From the NCBI GenBank assembly GCA_018896875.1, contig JAHILT010000032.1, positions 1 to 60,897 on the forward strand: 60,897 bases of DNA, read 5' to 3'. Position 1 is the stretch's first letter. Every line of letters begins with the position of its first letter. Positions 27,492 to 36,501 of the stretch are shown here, in pieces. The notes beneath the pieces are model-generated. The model saw only the letters and a program-made list of their open reading frames with translations. It did not search any database and was not told where the DNA came from. This DNA is from Patescibacteria group bacterium. Its GTDB lineage: Bacteria > Patescibacteriota > Minisyncoccia > UBA6257 > 02-FULL-45-10c. Made by a program: the position numbers and the translations under genes.

Positions 27492-27837
27492 CGTGAGACA
27501 GGTTGGTCTCTACCTGCTGTAGGCGTTAGTCTGAAAAAGACTTATAAACACTTGAAGGAAGTCGATCCTAGTACGAGAGGACCGGATTGAACGAGCCTCT
27601 GGTCTACCAGCTTTGTTACCAAATGAAGCGCTGGGTAGCTATTGCTCGGAAGGGATAAGAGCTGAAAGCATCTAAGCACGAAGCCCCTCCAAAGACTATG
27701 TGTTAGGTCCGTAGAAGACTACTACGTTGATAGGCCACAAATGTACGCACAGTAATGTGTTTAGTTGAGTGGTACTAATAGACCGATTTTCTTTTATACA
27801 AGGTTTCATACCATTGAAGTTTTGTATAAGAGATTTT

Positions 27838-27863
27838 GACCTCTTAAGTTAGAATTTATTCCA
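27838..27863 (+). other. 3' arm of the 23S processing stem
   Basis: Complementary to 23959-23984. Confidence 0.75.
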
Positions 27864-27912
27864 AGGGATAATTCTATATTAATATATTATTAAAACCCCA
27901 CGAATTTTTTGT

Positions 27913-28034
27913 TTAGCTGGTATTTTATTTGAACGTGACCCACCTTTTCCCATTCCGAACAGAGAAGTGAAAGCGTTCAAAACTGATGATATTGCCCTAA
28001 TTTGTTGGGTGAGAAAGTAGGTTATGCCGGTTAT
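27913..28034 (+). rRNA. rrf: 5S rRNA
   Basis: CCCACCTTTTCCCATTCCGAACAGAGAAGTGAAAGCG core. Flanked by a 17-bp processing stem (27896-27912 with 28035-28051), then T6. Confidence 0.9.
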
Positions 28035-28103
28035 ACAAAAAATTTGTGGGGTTTTTTAATTTCCGAAAAAAACTTTTTTTGTTTATAATAAGACTAGAGA
28101 TAA

Positions 28104-28237
28104 ATCCCCCACATAACAAAGACTAATAAAATATAAATTTAGATATTACAAAAAAAATAATGAACAAGTCGCAAAAAAACAACTTAACAACATTGGCTAT
28201 AAAAGCTTTGCTTTTGGGTCTTTGTTATGTGGGGGAT
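28104..28237 (+). mobile_element. start-codon-abutting inverted-repeat element, copy 1 (134 bp)
   Basis: ATCCCCCACATAACAAAGAC (28104-28123) against GTCTTTGTTATGTGGGGGAT (28218-28237). The right arm overlaps the ATG at 28236. Confidence 0.6.
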
Positions 28238-28997
28238 GAAAAGGTTATTTAAACAATTTTTATATGGAGGAATAGTGCTTTTAATAATAAGCGCTATCCT
28301 TTTGATTATTTATTGGAATGATATTTTTATTGCTCCAACTTGCTTGGACAATATTCAAAATCAAAATGAAGAAGGAATTGACTGCGGGGCGGTTTGTGGA
28401 ATTTCTTGTGAAGAAAAATATTTAGAAGACTTGTCTTATTCTAATCTAAGTATTTTTAGGTTAGATGACCTCGTCTCTTTATATTTTGATTTAAAAAATC
28501 CTAATCCAAACTTTGGTTTAAGAAATTTTAAATACCAAATAGATCTCTATGGCTTTGCCAATAAACTTTTAAAATCAATTAAAGGAGAATCTTTTATTTA
28601 TCCAGAACAAACTAAAAAAATAGTTGAAATTAGTAAAGTCCTCGGGGAAGTAGAAAGCGCAAGAATATCCTTTTCTAATATTAATTGGGAATCTTCTTTA
28701 AATTTCCGTTCTATCAGCCTTGAAAACAAAAATATGAGAACTTATAAAGATGGCGATTCTTTTATAATAAGTGGTAAGATTAAAAATCTTAATAGTTTTA
28801 TTGTCCCAAGGGTAATAATAAATGGTTTTTTGATGGATAGCTCAAACAATATTCTTGGAGTAAGTAAGACAGATTTATTAAATCAATTAGACCCATTCGC
28901 CGAAAAAGAATACAGAGTTTTCATAGAGATTAATCCGGGATTTGAAAAAAGCGTTGATTTCTCCAAGTCTACAACTTCCATTTATTCTTTCTACTAA
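28236..28997 (+). CDS. membrane-anchored hypothetical protein with an N-terminal Cys-rich motif
   Basis: ORF 28227..28997; the MWGM extension comes from the repeat arm, so I prefer the ATG at 28236. TM helix followed by PTCLDNIQNQNEEGIDCGAVCGISC. Confidence 0.65.
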   Translation: MKRLFKQFLYGGIVLLIISAILLIIYWNDIFIAPTCLDNIQNQNEEGIDCGAVCGISCEEKYLEDLSYSNLSIFRLDDLVSLYFDLKNPNPNFGLRNFKYQIDLYGFANKLLKSIKGESFIYPEQTKKIVEISKVLGEVESARISFSNINWESSLNFRSISLENKNMRTYKDGDSFIISGKIKNLNSFIVPRVIINGFLMDSSNNILGVSKTDLLNQLDPFAEKEYRVFIEINPGFEKSVDFSKSTTSIYSFY

Positions 28998-30083
28998 ATG
29001 TCAGATTCTTTTTTAACTAGATTTAAAAATTTAGATTGGGTATTAAACACCTCTGTTTTTTTTATAATATTAACTGGATTAATTACTTTATTAAGTAGTG
29101 ATTTAAATCTTTTTTATAAACAGATTGCATGGGTTATTATAAGCGTCATTTTAATTTTATTTGTTTCGCAAATTAATTTTAGACCATTTGAACATCATCC
29201 TAGAATTATTTTTGCATTCTATTCTTTAATTATAATTTTATTAGTTTTAACCTATTTCATTGCGACTCCTATCCGTGGCGTGCGCGGTTGGATTTCATTT
29301 GGCTCAATTAAATTTCAAGTTTCTGAGTTTGCTAAACTAGCTCTTATAATTTTATTCTCTTTTTTCTGGGCTAGAGCTCATGTTGGCATTGGACGTATTA
29401 AAAATCTTTTCAAATCGTTTATCTTTTTTGCTATCCCAGCATTTTTAATCTTAATACAACCAGACCTTGGAACAGTAATAATACTTTTCGCAATTTGGTT
29501 TGGTTATCTTTTGGTTAGCGGTATAAAATGGAAACATTTAACAATAGCTTTCATTGCATTTTTGGTAGCATTTGCAATTATGTGGACAAGTTTTTTACAA
29601 CCCTATCAAAAAAACAGAATTATAGGACTCTTTAGCCCAGAAAGCGATCCTTTGGGTGTAAATTATAATGTTATTCAATCTAAAATTGCGATTGGCTCGG
29701 CTGGAATTTTAGGGAAAGGATTTGGACAAGGAACTCAAACTAAACTAGGATTTCTTCCAGAAGCTCAAACCGATTTCATACTAGCCGCATTTATTGAAGA
29801 GTGGGGAGTTTTAGGAGGCTTTTTGTTATTGTCAGCTTTTATGATTATGCTTTTTAGAATAATAAAGATTGGCATGGCGAGCGATAATAATTTTTCAAGA
29901 TTTTTTTGCCTTGGTTCAACCATAATGTTTTTATCTCATTTTATTTTAAATACAGGTTCTAATTTAGGACTTCTTCCTGTTATAGGCGTTTCCTTTCCAT
30001 TTTTAAGTTATGGAGGATCTAATTTATTGACCGGCGCTTTAGCCATAGGTATAATTCAGAGCATTGTTTTAAGAAACAAATAA
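28998..30083 (+). CDS. rodA: FtsW/RodA/SpoVE (SEDS) family peptidoglycan glycosyltransferase
   Basis: Ten-TM-like profile with QPDLGT and PEAQTDFILAAFIEEWG motifs. Confidence 0.9.
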   Translation: MSDSFLTRFKNLDWVLNTSVFFIILTGLITLLSSDLNLFYKQIAWVIISVILILFVSQINFRPFEHHPRIIFAFYSLIIILLVLTYFIATPIRGVRGWISFGSIKFQVSEFAKLALIILFSFFWARAHVGIGRIKNLFKSFIFFAIPAFLILIQPDLGTVIILFAIWFGYLLVSGIKWKHLTIAFIAFLVAFAIMWTSFLQPYQKNRIIGLFSPESDPLGVNYNVIQSKIAIGSAGILGKGFGQGTQTKLGFLPEAQTDFILAAFIEEWGVLGGFLLLSAFMIMLFRIIKIGMASDNNFSRFFCLGSTIMFLSHFILNTGSNLGLLPVIGVSFPFLSYGGSNLLTGALAIGIIQSIVLRNK

Positions 30084-30156
30084 TACTAAAACAATTTTAA
30101 ATTACAAATTTTAAATTTTAAATCAAAGAAGAATAAAAATAATTTTAGATTTTTTT

Positions 30157-30520
30157 CTGTCATCTCCGCTCCTTCTGTCATTCTCGCGGAAGCGGGAATC
30201 CAATTCTTTCTTATCCTCCTTATTCCCTCCTTTTAAAGGAGGGCCAGGGTGGATTTTCTCTTCTTCCTTCGTCGTAGGTTGTAAGTCATTTGTCGTAAGT
30301 CAATGCTTTATCAGCATTCCACCAAAACCCTCAAGCAATTTGGTAGATATAGCGACAATCCCTCTTCTTTCATCATCCCCAGAACCATCTTCTTAATCCA
30401 ACCCCTCTTTCTCCCTCTCTGTCATTCCCGTTTTCTTCTTTTATCCCCTCATTCTTTTTTCTTCGTCGTTAGTTGTTTGTCGTCGGTCGTTAGTCAGCAT
30501 GGCGGGAATCCAGTCTTTCT
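30157..30520. repeat. mosaic hairpin island A
   Basis: Modules GTCATTC(T/C)CGCGGA(A/G)GCGGGAATCC (30157-30210), TTATTCCCTCCTTTTAAAGGAGGG..GGGTGGATTTT (30219-30260) and CCACCAAAACCCTCAAGCAATTTGGT (30316-30352). A split copy lies at 30418-30520. Confidence 0.8.
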
Positions 30521-30540
30521 TAAATTTTACATTTACTACC

Positions 30541-31605
30541 ATGGATAACTTAAAAAATATTATTTTAACTAAAATAGGCTTAAAAAAAACCATAGTTTAT
30601 ATTCTATGTTCTATTTTAGTATTAAGCTTCATCTTTTTATCAGGGCGTTTTTTAGCCTTATTAAGGCCCGTTTCACAGATAAGCGATACAAAACAAATTG
30701 AAATAAACACAGGAGAAGGATTTATACAAATATCTGATAAATTAAAAAGAGTTGGAGTTATTCGTTCCAACGTAGCTTTTCGCATACTTTCTCTTTTATC
30801 TGGTTCAGCGCACAAATTAAAACCGGGAATATATTCTTTAGACACAAGCCAGCCGTCTCCTCAAATATTAAGGAACCTCATCACGGGATCCCTTGTCGTA
30901 AAAAAAGTAATAATCCAAGAAGGACTAACGCTTTTAGATATAGATAAAAAATTAAGCAAAGAAGGAGTTTTACCTCTAAATGCTTTGGCTAAGTTTGATT
31001 TTAAAAAATTTAATGATGATTATGAATTTTTACAAAACCTTGAAAGTTTAGAAGGATATTTATTTCCCGATACTTATAATTTTTTCGCCAACTCAAAACC
31101 AGAAGAAGTAGTAAAAAAATTCTTAGACAACTTTAATCAAAAAGCTTGGCCAATATTAAAAGATATTAGTTTAATCATCGAAGACGATACATACGAAGCA
31201 AATCAATTTATCAACATTGCGTCTTTGATTGAAAAAGAAATTTATTTTGACGAAGAAAGATCCATGGTTTCTGGAATTATCTATAACAGATTGAGAATAG
31301 GTATGCCTCTTCAAATTGACGCCACCGTATCTTACGCAAAATGCAAAGGATTTTTTTTCTATTGTGATAATCCAGTAATTTTAAAAAAAGAGACAGAATT
31401 ATCTTCGCCATTTAATACATATCTATTCCAAGGGCTACCTCCAACGCCGATAAGCAATCCAGGGCTATCTTCTATAAAAGCGGTTTTAAATCCAGAAAAA
31501 TCAGATTATTTGTATTATCTATCCGACCCCAAAACCAAAAAAACAATTTATAGCAAAACATTAGACGAACACAACACAAACAAGGCAAAATACATCGGTT
31601 ATTAA
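30541..31605 (+). CDS. mltG: endolytic murein transglycosylase MltG (YceG-like)
   Basis: LEGYLFPDTY and SGIIYNRL...PLQIDATV motifs. ATG at 30541 preferred, because the longer ORF (30499) starts inside a repeat hairpin. Confidence 0.9.
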   Translation: MDNLKNIILTKIGLKKTIVYILCSILVLSFIFLSGRFLALLRPVSQISDTKQIEINTGEGFIQISDKLKRVGVIRSNVAFRILSLLSGSAHKLKPGIYSLDTSQPSPQILRNLITGSLVVKKVIIQEGLTLLDIDKKLSKEGVLPLNALAKFDFKKFNDDYEFLQNLESLEGYLFPDTYNFFANSKPEEVVKKFLDNFNQKAWPILKDISLIIEDDTYEANQFINIASLIEKEIYFDEERSMVSGIIYNRLRIGMPLQIDATVSYAKCKGFFFYCDNPVILKKETELSSPFNTYLFQGLPPTPISNPGLSSIKAVLNPEKSDYLYYLSDPKTKKTIYSKTLDEHNTNKAKYIGY

Positions 31606-31637
31606 TTTTTATCCCCCTCTTCTTTCTTTAGTCTTTT

Positions 31638-31837
31638 TTATTCCCTCCTTTTAAAGGAGGGTTAGGGTGGATTTTCTTTCATCTCTGTCATTCCGCACTT
31701 GATGCGGAATCCAGTTCTTTCCCTATCAAAGGCCCCCCCCAATCTCTATATCCACCAAAACCCTCAAGCAATTTGGTGAATATAGCTGAACTCAGTCCTT
31801 TCCCTTACCATCTGCTCGTCCGTACCGAATCGGTACG
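31638..31837. repeat. mosaic hairpin island B
   Basis: TTATTCCCTCCTTTTAAAGGAGGGTTAGGGTGGATTTTC (31638-31676), GTCATTCCGCACTTGATGCGGAATCC (from 31687), the CCACCAAAACCC...TTTGGTG module (31751-31787) and palindrome CGTACCGA-A-TCGGTACG (31821-31837). Confidence 0.8.
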
Positions 31838-31898
31838 ATTCGGGCGGGGGACTATATAAAAATTCTTTCGGCATAAAAAAGATTTAATATTTTATTAG

Positions 31899-31927
31899 TT
31901 GACTGATTCAAAAAGTCTTTGTACAAT
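31899..31927 (+). promoter_or_regulatory. sigma70-like promoter candidate
   Basis: TTGACT (31899-31904), 17-nt spacer, TACAAT (31922-31927); upstream of 32005. Confidence 0.5.
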
Positions 31928-32004
31928 GTAATTATAGAATTAATATTAATAATAACCCTCCTTCCCTGGGCGGGCGGGCAAGCCCTAAACGGGCAAGTAA
32001 AAAT

Positions 32005-32448
32005 ATGAACGAAAAAATTAATACTCAGCCAGTAGCAGAAGATAAAATGGCCGAAAAAAATGAAAAAATTAAAACTCCGCAACAAATAGAAAGAGAGAGA
32101 AGAGAAGAAAAAAAGCAACTTCTTGAAGAACTAACCCAAAATGGCGGAGCATTAGAACACGCTTCCGAAAGATTACAAAACGACAAAGAAGTTGTTATGG
32201 AAGCAGTAAAACAAAAGGGTTGGATGTTAAAATATGCTTCTGAAGAATTACAAGATGATAAAGAAGTTGTTATGATAGCAGTTACGCAAAATGGTGAGGT
32301 ATTTAAATTTGCTTCCGAAAGATTACAAAACGACAAAGAAGTTGCTAAAGCAGCAGTTACGCAAAGAGGTTGGGTATTACAATACCTTCCAAAAGAACTA
32401 CAAAAAGATCCTGAAATAATTGCAGCATCCGAAGCATCAGAAAAATAA
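32005..32448 (+). CDS. DUF4116 repeat protein
   Basis: Repeats of LQ(N/D)DKEVV..AV.Q.GW.L(K/Q)YA(S)EEL typical of DUF4116. Confidence 0.7.
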   Translation: MNEKINTQPVAEDKMAEKNEKIKTPQQIERERREEKKQLLEELTQNGGALEHASERLQNDKEVVMEAVKQKGWMLKYASEELQDDKEVVMIAVTQNGEVFKFASERLQNDKEVAKAAVTQRGWVLQYLPKELQKDPEIIAASEASEK

Positions 32449-32465
32449 AAAAGCTATCATAAAAA

Positions 32466-32496
32466 AAGAAACAGTACTAATGCTGTTTCTTTTTTA
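32466..32496 (+). terminator. intrinsic terminator
   Basis: AAGAAACAG (32466-32474) pairs with CTGTTTCTT (32483-32491), followed by T-run. Confidence 0.75.
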
Positions 32497-32580
32497 ATCT
32501 TATTCCACTCCCAACGCCTCACTAACACCTCAACAACTGAGCCACTTGCCCGTACAGGGTTAAAAAATTTAAAAAATAAA

Positions 32581-32610
32581 CCCCCGCACCCAATTGTTGG
32601 GCGAGGGGGG
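32581..32610 (-). terminator. terminator candidate for the minus-strand gene (CCCCCGCACC-family hairpin)
   Basis: CCCCCGCACCCA-ATTG-TTGGGCGAGGGGGG (imperfect). On the minus strand it is followed by a T-rich run. Confidence 0.5.
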
Positions 32611-32652
32611 TAGGTTGTTTTTATATAACACCTTTTTAATTAGTTAAGTGTT

Positions 32653-33057
32653 TTAAATAAGAACATCGGTATCCTTGAATTCTCGCCATTCATCATCACA
32701 ACATACAATGATTTTTTCCCATTTCTTATCTTCAACATAACAAAGAGCATTTTCTTCATTTGGAAATTTGCGTTCAAATTCTGCTATTGTGTAAACTTTA
32801 TCACCATAGTAGAACATTGGAGACACATTAATTCTCTTGCTCTTAAGCCGTATTCTTTCTCCGCCGATATTAACGGTTCCAGGGATAATGTCGAAAAATC
32901 TAAGCCCATAAATACCTTTTGGTATTTTAATCATTGATGCATCGCGCATTCCAATCTTCTGTATCAAGTTATCTTTATAAAGATTCCATGGAAACATAAA
33001 TTCAATATACGTTTGTTTGGTAATTTTCATTTGCCACTTCCAATTTTTAAAGAACAT
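32653..33057 (-). CDS. hypothetical protein
   Basis: 135-aa ORF with no recognisable motif. Start uncertain (ATG at 33057 or at 33030, which is preceded by GGAAGTGG). Confidence 0.4.
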   Translation of the reverse strand: MFFKNWKWQMKITKQTYIEFMFPWNLYKDNLIQKIGMRDASMIKIPKGIYGLRFFDIIPGTVNIGGERIRLKSKRINVSPMFYYGDKVYTIAEFERKFPNEENALCYVEDKKWEKIIVCCDDEWREFKDTDVLI

Positions 33058-33124
33058 CACTTTAATACATTACATATTATTTTTAACAATTTGTCAAATA
33101 ATCGTATATACTTAATACAGGGGC

Positions 33125-33152
33125 TTGACAAATTTTGATTATCATATAAAAT
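33125..33152 (+). promoter_or_regulatory. sigma70-like promoter upstream of rpoB
   Basis: TTGACA (33125-33130), 16-nt spacer, TAAAAT (33147-33152). Confidence 0.5.
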
Positions 33153-33206
33153 ATATTATTAATAAACAACTTTTTAAATAGAGCGCAATAGGCTTTGGTT
33201 TTTTTT

Positions 33207-36200
33207 ATGCTTAAACTACCAACCAAAATATTTTCAAAACATTCAGGCGCATTTATTGAACAAGCAAATTTGATAGAAATTCAAACTAATTCTTATAAGT
33301 CCTTTATAGAAAAAGGGCTTAAAGAATTATTTAAAGAAGTCTTTCCGATAGAAAGTTATACAGGCAAGGACTTGGAATTACATTTCAAGGATTTTAGTTT
33401 TGATGAACCTAGGTACGATGAAGAGCATGCCAGATTTAAAGATTTAACTTATGAATCTACCTTAAGAGTTAATCTTAATTTAGTAAATAAAAAAGACAAA
33501 TATAAAAAAGAACAAGAAGTTTATTTCGGTGAGTTTCCTATGATGACTGATAAGGGAACATTCATTATTAATGGAGTTGAAAGAGTAGTGGTTTCTCAAT
33601 TAGTTAGATCACCAGGTGTTTATTTTACAGCTAATGTTTATAGAGGCAAAAAACTTTTTGGCGCTAAAGTCGTTCCTAATCGTGGAGCTTGGCTTGAATT
33701 TGAAACCGATCCAGACGGAGTTATCTCTATTAAGATTGATAGAAAAAGAAAAGCTCCTGCTACAGAGCTTTTGCGAATATTTGGACTAGAAACTAACGAA
33801 GAAATTTTAGAAACTTTTTCTAACGCAGATAATGGAGAGATTAAATATATTGAAACTACCCTAAAAAAAGATTCTGCTAAGAACATTAGTGATTCTTTCG
33901 TAGAAATTTACAAGCGAATTAGACCAGGAGATTTAGCTACTTCGGAAAATGCCAAAAGCTTGATTGAGGCTATGTTTTTCCGTTTTGATCGTTATGATCT
34001 TTCTCAAGTAGGAAGATTTAAAATTAATCAAAAGCTTAATCTTTCTAGTGAATCCAAAGTTCTAGAGCTTGAGGATATTATAAACATTGTTAAACATATT
34101 ATTGAATTAAATAATGAGCAAACTGCTGAGTCAGATGATATAGATCATTTGGGTAATCGTAGAATTCGTCCAGTAGGCGAACTTTTAGGAACTAAATTAA
34201 GAATAGGATTTGCGAGATTTAAGCGTATTGTTCAAGATAGAATGTCTACCTTAGAGACAGAGACATTAGCTCCTATTCAACTTGTTAATGCTAGGCCATT
34301 AGTCTCTGTAGTTAGAGAATTTTTCGCTTCTTCTCAACTTTCGCAGTTTATGGATCAAGTTAATCCTCTTACAGAAGTTGAACATAAACGTAGAATTTCA
34401 GCTATGGGCCCGGGAGGACTTACTAAAGAAAGAGCTGGCTTTGAAGTCCGTGATGTTCATAGGTCTCATTATGGAAGAATTTGTCCAATTGAAACTCCAG
34501 AAGGAGCAAATATTGGATTAGTGAATCATTTGGCTAACTATGCGCGTATTAATGAATTAGGTTTTCTAGAAACTCCTTACGCTATTGTCAAAAAAGGAAT
34601 TATCACCAAAGAAATAAAATGGTTTAATGCTATAGAAGAAGAGAAATATAAAATTGCTCATGGAGGAGTAGCTTTTGATACAAAAGGAAAAATAATAAAC
34701 AAGATGGTTGAAGCCAGAATTAATGGTGAACCGGGAATTTGCGAAAGAAATGATATTGATTTAATAGATATAGCTTCTAATCAACCTATTAGTGTTGCTG
34801 CTTCACTTATTCCTTTCTTAGAACACGACGATGCCAACCGTGCTCTTATGGGTTCTAACATGCAAAGACAAGCTGTTTCATCAATAAGGTCAGAGCCTCC
34901 TTATGTTGGCACAGGGATAGAAGAAAAAATAGCTAGAGATTCTGGGCATGTAATTATTGCCGAAGAGGCAGGAAAAATTATGGAAGTTGACGCTAGGAAT
35001 ATTGTTTTGAAAACTAAATCAGGAATTAAAAAATACACGCTTAATAAATTTAAAAAATCTAACCAGTTCACTTCTATTTCTCAAAAACCATTAGTTAGCA
35101 AAGGACAAACGGTTAAAAAAGGAGAAATCTTAACAGATAGCTCTTCTATGGATAATGGTGTTTTGGCATTGGGACAGAATTTGTTAGTAGCTTTTGTTTC
35201 TTGGCAGGGATCAAATTTTGAAGATGCTATTATTCTCTCTGAAAGAGTAGTTCAAGAAGATAGATTTACATCTATTCATATAGAAGACTTTCATTGTGAT
35301 GTTCGTGATACCAAGCTTGGACCTGAAATAACTACTCCAGACATTCCTAATGTTTCAGAAGAAAAACTTAAAAACTTAGACGAAGAAGGAATAATTAGAA
35401 TTGGTGCTGAAGTAAAATCAGGAGATATTTTGGTTGGAAAGATTTCTCCGAAAGGGGAAAGTGAATTAAGCTCAGAAGAAAGATTATTAAGAGCTATTTT
35501 TGGCGAAAAAGCTAGAGATGTCAAAGATACTTCATTAACAATGTCTCATGGTAAATCTGGACGAGTAGTTGGAATTAAAATATTTGATAGAGATAAAGGA
35601 GATAAATTGGAGCAAGGCATTATCAAGAGAATTCAAGTTGAAATTGCTCAATACAGAAAGGTTATGGCTGGCGATAAATTATCTGGTAGACATGGAAACA
35701 AAGGTGTTATTTCTACAATTAGACCAGTAGAAGATATGCCTTATTTAGCCGATGGTACTCCAGTTGATATTATTTTAAATCCGCTTGGTGTTGTTTCTCG
35801 TATGAACCTTGGACAAATACTTGAAACGCATTTAGGTTGGGCAGCAAAGAAGTTAGGTTACAGAGCTATTACTCCAGCTTTTTCTGGAGCTACTGATAGC
35901 CAGATTAAAGAAGAGCTTAAAAAAGCCGACATTCCAGAAAGCGGAAAAGTTACTTTGTATGATGGGCGTTCTGGCAAATCTTTTGATCGTGAAGTTACAG
36001 TAGGTATTATATATATGCTAAAACTTAACCATTTGGTTGAAGATAAGATTCACATGCGTTCTATAGGTCCTTACTCTTTAATTACCCAACAACCATTAGG
36101 AGGAAAGGCTCAATTCGGAGGACAAAGATTTGGAGAGATGGAAGTCTGGGCATTAGAAGGATATGGTGCTGCTAATACCTTGCAAGAAATATTGACCATT

Positions 36201-36359
36201 AAATCCGACGATGTTTTAGGAAGAGCTTCTGCTTATGAGTCAATTATAAAAGGAGAAAAAATTAAGAGTCCAAATATTCCAGCTTCATTTAAGGTTTTAT
36301 TAAGTGAATTAAAATCGCTAGGATTAAATGTTGAGCTTATTAATAATGAAAATGATTAA
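33207..36359 (+). CDS. rpoB: DNA-directed RNA polymerase subunit beta
   Basis: Full-length homology by eye (GTFIINGVERVVVSQL, NMQRQAV, GDKLSGRHGNKGV, QFGGQRFGEMEVWALE). ATG at 33207 within ORF 33195..36359. Confidence 0.97.
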   Translation: MLKLPTKIFSKHSGAFIEQANLIEIQTNSYKSFIEKGLKELFKEVFPIESYTGKDLELHFKDFSFDEPRYDEEHARFKDLTYESTLRVNLNLVNKKDKYKKEQEVYFGEFPMMTDKGTFIINGVERVVVSQLVRSPGVYFTANVYRGKKLFGAKVVPNRGAWLEFETDPDGVISIKIDRKRKAPATELLRIFGLETNEEILETFSNADNGEIKYIETTLKKDSAKNISDSFVEIYKRIRPGDLATSENAKSLIEAMFFRFDRYDLSQVGRFKINQKLNLSSESKVLELEDIINIVKHIIELNNEQTAESDDIDHLGNRRIRPVGELLGTKLRIGFARFKRIVQDRMSTLETETLAPIQLVNARPLVSVVREFFASSQLSQFMDQVNPLTEVEHKRRISAMGPGGLTKERAGFEVRDVHRSHYGRICPIETPEGANIGLVNHLANYARINELGFLETPYAIVKKGIITKEIKWFNAIEEEKYKIAHGGVAFDTKGKIINKMVEARINGEPGICERNDIDLIDIASNQPISVAASLIPFLEHDDANRALMGSNMQRQAVSSIRSEPPYVGTGIEEKIARDSGHVIIAEEAGKIMEVDARNIVLKTKSGIKKYTLNKFKKSNQFTSISQKPLVSKGQTVKKGEILTDSSSMDNGVLALGQNLLVAFVSWQGSNFEDAIILSERVVQEDRFTSIHIEDFHCDVRDTKLGPEITTPDIPNVSEEKLKNLDEEGIIRIGAEVKSGDILVGKISPKGESELSSEERLLRAIFGEKARDVKDTSLTMSHGKSGRVVGIKIFDRDKGDKLEQGIIKRIQVEIAQYRKVMAGDKLSGRHGNKGVISTIRPVEDMPYLADGTPVDIILNPLGVVSRMNLGQILETHLGWAAKKLGYRAITPAFSGATDSQIKEELKKADIPESGKVTLYDGRSGKSFDREVTVGIIYMLKLNHLVEDKIHMRSIGPYSLITQQPLGGKAQFGGQRFGEMEVWALEGYGAANTLQEILTIKSDDVLGRASAYESIIKGEKIKSPNIPASFKVLLSELKSLGLNVELINNEND

Positions 36360-36368
36360 AATATATGA

Positions 36369-36501
36369 ATCCCACACATAACAAAGACTGATAATATATA
36401 AATATTTAAATGTTATAAAATTAATGAATAAGTCGCAAAAAAATAATTTAACAATATTGATCACAAAAGCTTTGCTTTTGGGTCTTTGTTATGTGTGGGA
36501 T
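36369..36501 (+). mobile_element. start-codon-abutting inverted-repeat element, copy 2 (133 bp), between rpoB and rpoC
   Basis: ATCCCACACATAACAAAGAC (36369-36388) against GTCTTTGTTATGTGTGGGAT (36482-36501), perfect 20-bp arms. ATGAAT at 36365-36370 and again at 36500-36505. Confidence 0.65.

Noticed and set aside
30303-30548. ORFs translating the hairpin islands (30303..30548, 31852..32118, 56505..56774, 56623..56829, and the 5' extensions of the mltG, topA and rel ORFs)
   Set aside because: Their sequences are just read-through of palindromic repeat modules (PPFKGGLG, VIPAEAGIQ, WIPASAGMT peptides). The same DNA is open in both strands and several frames, and conserved proteins start downstream at ATGs with proper N-termini.
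36491-36499. N-terminal MCGM/MWGM extensions of rpoC, ssb and the 28227 ORF
   Set aside because: The extra ATG lies inside the right inverted-repeat arm in all three cases. The conserved proteins begin at the second ATG. The longer start cannot be fully excluded without N-terminal data.
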